Source: Clostridia bacterium
Lineage (GTDB): Bacteria > Bacillota > Clostridia > UMGS1883 > UMGS1540
NCBI GenBank assembly: GCA_045590195.1
Contig: JAZNQN010000073.1
Span: 1,098-65,097, forward strand
Direction: 5' to 3'
DNA: 64,000 bases
In this document: in pieces, positions 35,673 to 43,278 of the stretch
Position numbering within the stretch: position 1 is the first letter of the stretch
Layout of the letters: the number at the start of each line of letters is the position of its first letter
Made by a program: the position numbers and the translations under genes
Notes under the pieces: generated by a model
What the model was told of the DNA's origin: nothing
Seen by the model: the letters and a program-made list of their open reading frames with translations, nothing else
The model's database searches: none

Positions 35673-35731
35673 TAACTATTTATTTTAAATTTACACTGTG
35701 TTCATATTAAATCGTGCCACGGCAATATTGC

Positions 35732-36586
35732 TTACACCCAGCCAATCATATTAAAATATGCATCCTGCGAAGGCGAAACGGTATCGCCGTTTAAATATTT
35801 AACCATAACGTGTGGTTTAATTTTTATATCAATATTTTTTTCGCAAAGAAGACCTGAAAGCGAAAAATCGCTTCGAATTACAAATTTTTTAACCTGTGCC
35901 GAGTGGCTTTTTATAAAACTGATTGCCTTTTTTGCGCCTTCAATATCAGAGAAAATAAGCTCCTGTGCAAAAAAGGTATCGTTTTGAATAAAGTAATACA
36001 TCTGAGCGCCATCTACCAGAAAACGGTGGCCGCCTTCTTCTTTTGTGTCGCTTAAAAATTCATCTTCACATTTTTTGTCCCTTACAAGATAAAGGGGCTT
36101 GTTTTTACAGAAATTTTTATAAATTTCGCCTGCATCGCCGCCCTCTTTAAAAGGCGTATTAAATTTTGGCAGAGACTTAATTTCGCCCGAGTATTCGTGC
36201 AGAAACGATGCACACTCAAGGCCATATTTTCTGTAAAAAGAAAAGTTGAAGGGAATAAGGAAAAACGCCTCATAGCCTTCTTTTTTAAGCTTTTCCTCCA
36301 GAAAAGCAAAAAGGGCAGTAATGTTTCCGCCACCGCGATGCATGGGGTGGGTTGAAACGCCGCAAACATATGCCGCCTTAATTTCTTTGCCGCCCTTTAC
36401 AATGTTGTAGGGAAAAAACATAAGGTCAGAGGTAATTTTCCCCTCTTCAAAAACTGCAAGGGTATTCTCTTTTTTATAATATTTACTGAAGAAATACTCA
36501 ATAAAGGCATCGCTGTCGCCAAAGCAGTATTTCCACAAGAATTTTACATCGTTTAAATCTTTGTCAGAAGGGTGTGCTATTTTCAT
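35732..36586 (-). CDS. GNAT family N-acetyltransferase (Eis-like two-domain architecture)
   Basis: 284 aa. Acetyl-CoA motif VSTHPMHRGGGNITALF. The length and C-terminal extension resemble Eis/SCP-fused GNATs. Confidence 0.6.
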   Translation of the reverse strand: MKIAHPSDKDLNDVKFLWKYCFGDSDAFIEYFFSKYYKKENTLAVFEEGKITSDLMFFPYNIVKGGKEIKAAYVCGVSTHPMHRGGGNITALFAFLEEKLKKEGYEAFFLIPFNFSFYRKYGLECASFLHEYSGEIKSLPKFNTPFKEGGDAGEIYKNFCKNKPLYLVRDKKCEDEFLSDTKEEGGHRFLVDGAQMYYFIQNDTFFAQELIFSDIEGAKKAISFIKSHSAQVKKFVIRSDFSLSGLLCEKNIDIKIKPHVMVKYLNGDTVSPSQDAYFNMIGWV

Positions 36587-36594
36587 AATTCCTC

Positions 36595-37467
36595 CTATTT
36601 TTCAACCGCAACCCATTTTTCAACCATATGGCATGGCCTGTACGACTCTTTTGCGCGACGAAGGCCTTCAATTCCCATATCCTCTTCGCGGTTTATAAAT
36701 TTTGTATTTCCAAATCGGTTTTTTGCAAACAAATTATTTATTGCGGCGTAGCTGCCTTTTACCTGGGTATCGGCTTTTTCAAGATGAATAACCGCCGTAT
36801 GGCAGGATAACATTTCCCCCGCCGTTACGGCACAAAGGTTGCCATTTGCATAAAGCATTGCCCCTGAAAGGCCTAAGGCAAAAAAGCCATCAAACAGCTT
36901 CTGCATTGCGGAAAGCTCTTCATCGTGCTGGTCGCGTTCAGTTATGGATTTTATGCAAAACTGCCTTGCCTCATCAATGTTTTCGGGCATAATTTCTTTG
37001 TATTCCCATTTATAGCTATTTAAAAATGTGTTCAGGTGATTTCGCTTGCCGTGAAGCTTTTTACCCGACAAATTTATAAGAGAATCAGTTTCGTAAACGT
37101 ATTCTGCGTTATCCCTGTCATTGCGGAAAGAAAATGTATCGCCAAAGTTTTCTTTCAAAAACAGGCTCTCCTCAGGGGAAAGATGGGCAAAAACGCATTT
37201 GCAGCCGCCAATATGTGAATCGGCAATAATTTTTTCAACTGCCGCTTTTTTATCCCCTTCGCCGCAGGGGAAAATATAATAGCTGCAATCGTGGCTGTGG
37301 CGGCTTTTAATGAAAAGAAAGCCATCTTCCTCCGCAAAGCTTATGTTATAGCTTTCCTGCCATATATACATATTTGTAAAGCTTTGATGAGCGCCAACGC
37401 ATTTTTCGGGCGTATAATATTTTTTTATAAGAGCCATATCCGAAAGCTCAATTTTTTTGAAATTCAT
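36595..37467 (-). CDS. DUF2156 domain protein (related to the C-terminal domain of aminoacyl-phosphatidylglycerol synthases)
   Basis: I moved the start to MNFKKIELSD (RBS GGTGA) to remove the overlap with tmk. The family assignment is from memory of the N-terminal pattern. Confidence 0.5.
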   Translation of the reverse strand: MNFKKIELSDMALIKKYYTPEKCVGAHQSFTNMYIWQESYNISFAEEDGFLFIKSRHSHDCSYYIFPCGEGDKKAAVEKIIADSHIGGCKCVFAHLSPEESLFLKENFGDTFSFRNDRDNAEYVYETDSLINLSGKKLHGKRNHLNTFLNSYKWEYKEIMPENIDEARQFCIKSITERDQHDEELSAMQKLFDGFFALGLSGAMLYANGNLCAVTAGEMLSCHTAVIHLEKADTQVKGSYAAINNLFAKNRFGNTKFINREEDMGIEGLRRAKESYRPCHMVEKWVAVEK

Positions 37468-37477
37468 AGTTTCACCG

Positions 37478-38134
37478 TTATAACTCAAGTGCCAAAATAA
37501 TTTCCTCTGTAATTTTTTCAATAGGTTTTACGCTGTCTTCTGCGCACTTAATAGTTTTAAAATTAAATTTATCTGCAACATATTTTGCATTTTCATAGGC
37601 CTTTTCAAGATGGTTTGCATCTTTTTCGTGAATATCTTTTTCAGCCTCGTTTGTAATTTTGTTGGCTCTGTTTGCCATAAGCTCCCTTGCAAATTTTGGG
37701 GGCATATCAAGAAACAAAACCTTGTCAGGCTTTGGAAGGCCAAGCTTTTCATATTCAAAATCGTAAATCCAGCTGAGAAAAGCATCTTTTTCGGCAATGC
37801 TTTCAAGTTTTGCCGCCTGATGAATCATATTGCTGGTAACATATCTGTCAGCAAGAATAATTTTTCCGCTTTCGAGATATTTTCCCCATTTTGTTTTATA
37901 TGATGCATAGCGGTCAACCGCGTAAAAGCTTGATGCGGCATAAGGCGAAACAGCATCGGCCTCTTCGCCGAACTCGCCCCCTAAATACATTTTAACCAAA
38001 GCAGACGACTGACTTTCATAATCAGGAAACGAAATTTTCACTACGTCAAGCCCTTTGTTTTTTAAATAGTTGTATAGGGCTTCGCACTGGGTTTGTTTTC
38101 CGCTGGCGTCTACCCCTTCAAAAACGATAAGCAT
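37478..38134 (-). CDS. tmk: dTMP (thymidylate) kinase
   Basis: 218 aa. P-loop FEGVDASGKQTQ and a DRY motif (ADRYVTS). The start overlaps the thyX stop (TAATG). Confidence 0.9.
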   Translation of the reverse strand: MLIVFEGVDASGKQTQCEALYNYLKNKGLDVVKISFPDYESQSSALVKMYLGGEFGEEADAVSPYAASSFYAVDRYASYKTKWGKYLESGKIILADRYVTSNMIHQAAKLESIAEKDAFLSWIYDFEYEKLGLPKPDKVLFLDMPPKFARELMANRANKITNEAEKDIHEKDANHLEKAYENAKYVADKFNFKTIKCAEDSVKPIEKITEEIILALEL

Positions 38135-38898
38135 TATTTATCTCCTCCGAAAATTTTGCGTTTTTCTACCAGTTTGCCACAGCTCATTTTTCCTTCAGGG
38201 CAAGGGCCAAATGCACAGGGCGGGCCAACCTTTTTGAAAAGGTTTGGTGCAACTTTAATTACTTCTTTGTACATAAGAAAGGCCATTTCTCTTATTTCCC
38301 ACTGCGCTCTTTCACAAAGGCGGTGTTTAAAAAAGTTTTTAAGGCTGCGGGCATTAAAGGTTGCAACAATTTTTGTTTCGCAGGCATTGGGGAGCACATA
38401 TCTTGCATCTTCAATAGCCTTTTTCTCTGCAAGGCGGACTGCCTCTTTTTCGCTTTTGCCTTCTTTAAGAAATGCGGCAGTATGTTTTTCTTTTAAAATT
38501 GCCGCCAGAGCATCGTAAGTTTTCTGGTCATCTTCCATTGCTTTTTTGAAAATTTCGGCTGCCTTTTCATCGCCCTCAATTTCGGGAGGAATAATATACT
38601 CAAATGCGCCCTCTGTAACATAGCGCTGTGATTTTTGCGAATACGAAGCTATGCGGTGGCGCACAAGCTGATGAGTAAGCGAGCGTGAAACCCCTTCAAT
38701 TCCAAAGGTAAAGGTAACGTGTTCAATGGGGCTTTCGTGGCCGATATCCGAAAGCATATCAACGAAAGAGGTAACCTTTTCATCGGTTAAATTATCGTAA
38801 ATATCAGCTACTCCGCTGTGTGAATAGCAAAGCTTTGCCGCCGCGGCAACAGTTTTTTCAGGGTTTGGTGTGTGCTGGAGAAGAGTAACTTTAATCAT
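38134..38898 (-). CDS. thyX: FAD-dependent thymidylate synthase ThyX
   Basis: 254 aa. The ThyX signature RHRxxSxxxxSQRY is present as [14 protein letters not shown]. Confidence 0.95.
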   Translation of the reverse strand: MIKVTLLQHTPNPEKTVAAAAKLCYSHSGVADIYDNLTDEKVTSFVDMLSDIGHESPIEHVTFTFGIEGVSRSLTHQLVRHRIASYSQKSQRYVTEGAFEYIIPPEIEGDEKAAEIFKKAMEDDQKTYDALAAILKEKHTAAFLKEGKSEKEAVRLAEKKAIEDARYVLPNACETKIVATFNARSLKNFFKHRLCERAQWEIREMAFLMYKEVIKVAPNLFKKVGPPCAFGPCPEGKMSCGKLVEKRKIFGGDK

Positions 38899-39623
38899 TT
38901 TTGTCCTCCTTGCCTGTTTCCTTTAAAGAAAACAGTAATAATAAATTTTGGAAGCTGAAGCATTCTTACAAATCTTGTGGGCTGGCAAAGGAGCCTAAAG
39001 AACCATTCAAGATTTAATTTTATAAAAATTTTCGGGGCTCTTTTTGTTTTGCCCGACAAAACATCAACGCTGCCCCCTGCGCCAATCATAAGGCAGGGCG
39101 AAAATTTGTTTTTGTTTTCTATAATCCATTTTTCCTGCTTTGGTGCACCAAGGCAAACTAAAAGTATGCCGGGTTTTTTCTCTTTTATATCTTCAATAAC
39201 GGTAGTATCGTCTTTGTGATAGCCGTGCTGTGTGCCGCAAATGGGTGCGCCGTAGTCTTTTTTAATTTTTTCAGCCGCCGCCTCTGCCACTCCCGGTTTT
39301 CCGCCAAAAATGTAAACAGGAATATTTTCTTTTGCAGCAAGAGAAAGCATATTACAGGTAAGGTCGTACCCTGCAACCCTTTCCTTTACGGGCTTTTTTA
39401 AAATTTTAGAAGCTATTACAACGCCAATTCCGTCGGGAATTACCATATCTGCGCTGTTTAAAACTTTTTTATATTCTTCATCGTAATGTGCCGCCATAAT
39501 AATTTCGGGGTTTGGCGTAAAAACTGCGCCGCCCACCTTTGTAAATTCAAGGGCTCTTTCGGTGGCAGATGCCATATCCCCTCTGTCAACTAAAACACCA
39601 AGAACAGAAACCGTATCTCTCAT
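38895..39623 (-). CDS. WecB/TagA/CpsF family glycosyltransferase
   Basis: I moved the start to [10 protein letters not shown] (RBS GGAGAGG, 6-nt spacing). VIPDGIGVV and LGAPKQEKW are typical family blocks. The stop overlaps the thyX start (ATGA). Confidence 0.8.
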   Translation of the reverse strand: MRDTVSVLGVLVDRGDMASATERALEFTKVGGAVFTPNPEIIMAAHYDEEYKKVLNSADMVIPDGIGVVIASKILKKPVKERVAGYDLTCNMLSLAAKENIPVYIFGGKPGVAEAAAEKIKKDYGAPICGTQHGYHKDDTTVIEDIKEKKPGILLVCLGAPKQEKWIIENKNKFSPCLMIGAGGSVDVLSGKTKRAPKIFIKLNLEWFFRLLCQPTRFVRMLQLPKFIITVFFKGNRQGGQK

Positions 39624-39684
39624 AGCATACCTCTCCATTTTATATTTAATATATTTTACCATAAAATGCCCTTAAAGTCAATTA

Positions 39685-39726
39685 AAAAAGGAAACCCGAC
39701 AGGTTTTGTCAGGTTCCCTTTTTTGT
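39685..39726 (-). terminator. Terminator-like hairpin with T-runs on both strands
   Basis: AAAAAAGGAAACCCGACAGGTTTTGTCAGGTTCCCTTTTTTG. It is probably the terminator of the GH88 transcript, downstream of the nested-repeat region. Confidence 0.5.
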
Positions 39727-39760
39727 TTAATTAATTGTGCATAGCGCATAAATTGGCTAC

Positions 39761-39920
39761 GCCATGAATTCTCGCAGGACTCCGTGAATTGAATTTCTGC
39801 GAAATTCGTTTTGGAAGAAAATCAAAGATTTTCATCAATAATGCACCAAAGGTGCAATTCATAACAACTTGTCGTCGATTCACGAAACCTCAGGTTTCAA
39901 TTCACGACAAAGGTTGCAAT
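39761..39920. repeat. Nested inverted-repeat / multi-hairpin intergenic element
   Basis: A perfect 11-nt inverted repeat CGTGAATTGAA (39783-39793) / TTCAATTCACG (39896-39906) encloses three short hairpins with 3-nt loops (39817-39833, 39842-39856, 39884-39898). It shares the word ATGAATTCTCG with the 12.6-kb array. Confidence 0.65.
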
Positions 39921-39929
39921 TAATTTTTA

Positions 39930-41114
39930 TTACCAATATTTTTTCCAGTCAGGTTTTTTATAGCGCAAAAGAGCTTCAAGATAAAAATAATCGCCGTAAA
40001 TTGCGCTTTCATCAATGCCGCGTTTTTGAGGAAGAGCATGGGTTACGTGTGTTAAAATGCCATCTCTTTCAAAATCATCGTTTGAGCATTTTTCCATAAG
40101 GCCTGCCATCATCTGGGCTGCGGCATTTTTATAAATTGTTTTCTCATCGCCGTCGGGCATAAATTTGATAGCTTCAAGCAAACCGCAAACAGAAACTGCA
40201 CTGGCGCTTGCATCACGTGGCTCATCGCTGCCTTCTTCAAAAACCAAATCCCAGTAAGCTACGCCGTCAGAAGGGAGCTTATTGAGAAAATAATTTGTAA
40301 CTGCACGGTGAACCGACCAGATTTTTTCATCCTTTGTGTAAGAATAAGCAATGGGGTAGCCGTAAATAAGCCATGAGTGACCGCGTGACCAGCAGCTTTC
40401 ATCGCTATATCCCTGCAAAGTTAAACCGCCCACAGGCTCGTATGTATAGGCATCAAACTTAAAGTGATGATAAGTTGAGCCGTCGCTCCTTACAAGATAT
40501 TTTGCGGTTGTGTTATAGTGAGCTATAACCTTGTCGCGGAAAAACTTCTCGTCGCCTGTTTCTTTCCATGCCCACAAAAGAAGGGGCAAATTCATCATTG
40601 TATCAACAAGGCTTCTCCAGTAAGGCTCAAACATTATTGTACGGCTGCGCCTTATAAAGCCCTGCGCCTCGCAGTAGTTATCAGCTAAAAGATAAGCCGA
40701 CATAAGGGCAATTTCTTTGGACTGCTCGTCGCCTGTTAATTTATAATCGGCAACGCAGGAAGGCGTCATAACAAAGCCAACATCATGCCCCATAAGGCCC
40801 GCCTTTGTATCGTAGCGCTGTTTGTATGTTGCCATTTGCTCTTTTGCAGCATCAAAGAAAACTTTATCCCCTGAAAGTTCCCACGCCAGCCAGTAAACGC
40901 CTGTGTTTAAACCGCTTGTCCACTCGTTATTAGGGCGCTCCTCATAAACATAATTTATAGTTTCAGGAGGCGTAAAAATAGGGCCTCTCTTTTGGAGGTC
41001 ATATTTAAGCTTTTTAATAGCCTTTTCTATGGCTTTATCAAGCATTTCGTTTGTAATTTCAGGAGCCGACATAAACCTTTCGGGGTTTGTAAGCTTTACA
41101 TCTCCGCTAAACAT
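39930..41114 (-). CDS. Glycoside hydrolase family 88 (unsaturated glucuronyl/galacturonyl hydrolase)
   Basis: 394 aa. MGHDVGFV and W.RGHSW are typical GH88 blocks. No signal peptide. Confidence 0.75.
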   Translation of the reverse strand: MFSGDVKLTNPERFMSAPEITNEMLDKAIEKAIKKLKYDLQKRGPIFTPPETINYVYEERPNNEWTSGLNTGVYWLAWELSGDKVFFDAAKEQMATYKQRYDTKAGLMGHDVGFVMTPSCVADYKLTGDEQSKEIALMSAYLLADNYCEAQGFIRRSRTIMFEPYWRSLVDTMMNLPLLLWAWKETGDEKFFRDKVIAHYNTTAKYLVRSDGSTYHHFKFDAYTYEPVGGLTLQGYSDESCWSRGHSWLIYGYPIAYSYTKDEKIWSVHRAVTNYFLNKLPSDGVAYWDLVFEEGSDEPRDASASAVSVCGLLEAIKFMPDGDEKTIYKNAAAQMMAGLMEKCSNDDFERDGILTHVTHALPQKRGIDESAIYGDYFYLEALLRYKKPDWKKYW

Positions 41115-41189
41115 TTAAAAACCTTCTTTCGTAAAAGTTACTACCCAAAGTATACCAAATTACCGCGTGCATTGTCAAGGCAACGGAAT

Positions 41190-41558
41190 TTATTTATCGC
41201 ATAATTTTTTTGCCGCTTCAATGGCCTTTTTATGAAGGCGGTAAATGTGCCGCTCTTCATAGCACATAAGCTCGGCAGTTTTTTCAAAGGTTTCGCCGCC
41301 TATGTAACGGTACTGAAGCAAAGTTCTTAAAGTTGGGTTATCTATTTTTGCTATTACCTCCTCAATTTCTTTTTTAATTTCCATAATTCTTTTAACGCGG
41401 GACAAAATGTCGGCCTTTAAAGTAAGGTATGTAATATAAAGGTCTTTGTCTGCACCCTCTCTTTTAACCTCATCAGCCAGTTTTCCAAGAGAGGCTTTAA
41501 GTGCATCTGTTTCCATTTGCAAAGGTTTATACTGTGCGAAAAGTTTTTCTACCTGCAT
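41190..41558 (-). CDS. Sigma-70 region-4-like HTH protein (phage/ICE late-regulator type)
   Basis: 122 aa. C-terminal LRTLLQYRYIGGETFEKTAELMCYEERHIYRLHKKAIEA is a region-4-type HTH, as in DUF1492 and Tn916 Orf7-like proteins. Confidence 0.5.
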   Translation of the reverse strand: MQVEKLFAQYKPLQMETDALKASLGKLADEVKREGADKDLYITYLTLKADILSRVKRIMEIKKEIEEVIAKIDNPTLRTLLQYRYIGGETFEKTAELMCYEERHIYRLHKKAIEAAKKLCDK

Positions 41559-41570
41559 ATTCGCACCACC

Positions 41571-42074
41571 TTAGTTTTCAAGTGACCTTTTAAGTGCCGC
41601 TTTCTCCAGAGCATCGATATCGTAATCATGCCAGGAGCTCTCTTGTATCATTAACTCTCTTTTATTTAATCTCTCTTTTCTTTTATTTTTATATAATGTG
41701 TTCACTATGCTATCGGTATTGTGTTCATAATGTTGTTCATTATGGTATTCAATATGTTGTTCAGTATCATATTCAATAATTTTCCTGTCATCAAAATTAT
41801 AAGGAATTATTCCATACACACCGCTACTACCTTTTTTGCCATATTTGTATCTTATATAATTTTTATCTATAAGCTCTTTTCTCGTTCTCTGAAGTTTTGG
41901 CACAGACATACTGCATAGCCCTGCAATCACTTGATTTGCCACAGTAAACTCCTTTGGAAAACCGAGAGAGTTAGCGTATTCCAGCAAAACATAATAAAGG
42001 CAAATGCTCCCACAGCTTATGGGATAAAGCCTTCTTCTTTTCTTAAAAGCATTTATTTGCATCAAATAATTCAA
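41571..42074 (-). CDS. Phage-type winged-helix protein (replication-organizer N-terminal-like)
   Basis: 167 aa. The N-terminal ~95 aa resemble DnaD / phage replisome-organizer wHTH domains (LYYVLLEYANSLGFP...SMSVPKLQRTRKELIDKNYI). Weak assignment. Confidence 0.35.
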   Translation of the reverse strand: MNYLMQINAFKKRRRLYPISCGSICLYYVLLEYANSLGFPKEFTVANQVIAGLCSMSVPKLQRTRKELIDKNYIRYKYGKKGSSGVYGIIPYNFDDRKIIEYDTEQHIEYHNEQHYEHNTDSIVNTLYKNKRKERLNKRELMIQESSWHDYDIDALEKAALKRSLEN

Positions 42075-42079
42075 TTAAA

Positions 42080-42289
42080 TCACCTCAACAATTCTTCAAA
42101 CACAGGGGCTTTGCGAAAGAAAATTTCGTAAAACTCCTCCACACTCACATCACTACACTCTAAATACTCACAAAGAAACGCTTTTAAAATCATCGCCCTC
42201 CTAAGTCCAATCTCATTTTTGATACGATTGTAATTTCCTGCCGCACATACATATTTGTACAAAAGCGCAAGAAATTCATCAATTTCCAT
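42080..42289 (-). CDS. Hypothetical small protein, first gene of the divergent operon
   Basis: 69 aa. RBS AGAGGTGG and a consensus promoter upstream. Confidence 0.4.
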   Translation of the reverse strand: MEIDEFLALLYKYVCAAGNYNRIKNEIGLRRAMILKAFLCEYLECSDVSVEEFYEIFFRKAPVFEELLR

Positions 42290-42368
42290 ATTTTTTTCGA
42301 TAATATTCCACCTCTTTCCGTTTCATTTTTGGGATTTTTCGGCCAAAAAAATTTCCAAAATTTTCTAA

Positions 42369-42397
42369 ATTATAACACGATTTTTCATTTTTGTCAA
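42369..42397 (-). promoter_or_regulatory. Consensus sigma-A promoter (leftward) of the islet
   Basis: On the minus strand: TTGACA, 17-nt spacer, TATAAT with an extended TGT. Confidence 0.6.
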
Positions 42398-42409
42398 CCC
42401 GTTTTTGAG

Positions 42410-42423
42410 TTTTTTATAAAAAA
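42410..42423. promoter_or_regulatory. Perfect 14-bp palindrome between the divergent promoters (candidate operator)
   Basis: TTTTTTATAAAAAA is its own reverse complement. It is AT-only, so chance cannot be excluded. Confidence 0.25.
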
Positions 42424-42426
42424 GTG

Positions 42427-42455
42427 TTGCAATTTTGGGACGGGTGTGCTATAAT
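42427..42455 (+). promoter_or_regulatory. Sigma-A promoter (rightward) for XRE-ImmA
   Basis: TTGCAA, 17-nt spacer, TATAAT, 20 nt upstream of the ATG, with RBS AAAGGAG. Confidence 0.6.
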
Positions 42456-42475
42456 GACCATAAAGGAGTGAGGAA

Positions 42476-42838
42476 ATGTATCGAAGGATAAAACTTTTAA
42501 GAGAAAGAAAAGGACTAAGTTTGCAGGATGTTGCCGACAAAAGCGGCATTGCAAAATCCACCCTGCAAAGATACGAAACAGGCAAAACAAAAAAAATTCC
42601 ACAAAGCGCCATATCGGCCCTTGAAGATGTTTTTGAAGCCAAAATTGCAAGCGACAACTTTTCTGAAGAAGATAAAAAAGATATATCACATATTCTTGAA
42701 AACTGCCTTTTCAAACTAAATTCCGAAGCACTTATGTTCGACGGAAAAATTTTAGACGATGAAACACGCAGCCTTTTAAAGGCAAGCATAAAAAACAGCA
42801 TTGAAATGGCTAAAATTATTTCAGGAGCAAAGAAATAA
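42476..42838 (+). CDS. XRE family (Cro/CI-type) HTH transcriptional regulator
   Basis: 120 aa. N-terminal IKLLRERKGLSLQDVADKSGIAKSTLQRYETGK is a classic HTH_3 domain. Confidence 0.85.
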   Translation: MYRRIKLLRERKGLSLQDVADKSGIAKSTLQRYETGKTKKIPQSAISALEDVFEAKIASDNFSEEDKKDISHILENCLFKLNSEALMFDGKILDDETRSLLKASIKNSIEMAKIISGAKK

Positions 42839-42848
42839 GGAGAACACA

Positions 42849-43271
42849 ATGAAAACCTTGTCCACAGTTAATTATCTTGTCTCGAAATATGGCACAAGAG
42901 ATCCATATGAACTGGCCGACAAATTAAGCATTTATGTATTTTTTGAAAACCTGGGAAGCATAAACGGATATTATTCAACAGCCTTTGGCATAAAGCTTAT
43001 TCACATAAACGAAAAGCTCTCCCACAAAATGAGAGAGCTTACATGTGCACACGAGCTGGCACACGCCGTTTTGCACCCGAATTTAAACATAGAATTTATG
43101 CATCACAGTACACATATGCTTGAAGCCAGGTATGAAAAGCAGGCGAATTTATTTGCCTCTTACCTGCTCTTTCCCGACGAGCTTTTAATGCAGTACGAAG
43201 GGTACAGTGCCAGGGAAATTGCATCGTTTCTCGAAATGCCCGAGCATATTATAACAATGAGATGTAATTAA
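42849..43271 (+). CDS. ImmA/IrrE family metallo-endopeptidase
   Basis: The start is at the ATG after AAGGAG (MKTLSTVNYL). The HEXXH zinc motif is present as HELAHAVLH. It is paired with an upstream XRE gene, as in ImmR/ImmA modules. Confidence 0.8.
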   Translation: MKTLSTVNYLVSKYGTRDPYELADKLSIYVFFENLGSINGYYSTAFGIKLIHINEKLSHKMRELTCAHELAHAVLHPNLNIEFMHHSTHMLEARYEKQANLFASYLLFPDELLMQYEGYSAREIASFLEMPEHIITMRCN

Positions 43272-43278
43272 AAATTGG

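Larger units (their letters stand above)
41190..43271. mobile_element. Integrase-less phage/ICE-type regulatory module (probable remnant or satellite-like islet)
   Basis: An XRE repressor plus ImmA/IrrE protease faces a divergent three-gene operon (69-aa ORF, winged-helix replication-like protein, sigma-70 region-4-like protein). No integrase, recombinase or structural genes are in the window. Confidence 0.45.

Noticed and set aside
35002-35700. Other identities for the structured RNA: RNase P RNA, tmRNA, group II intron, ROOL/GOLLD
   Set aside because: I could not find the RNase P P4 strings (GAGGAAAGUCC-type), a tmRNA tag ORF with a tRNA-like CCA end, or an intron domain V or reverse-transcriptase ORF. 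ROOL and GOLLD are not linked to oapA-dxs-tlyA. The synteny points specifically to OLE.
42394-42849. 151-aa and 91-aa minus-strand ORFs over the XRE gene
   Set aside because: They are antisense to a canonical HTH_3 regulator that has a promoter and RBS, and their sequence is low-complexity and hydrophobic.
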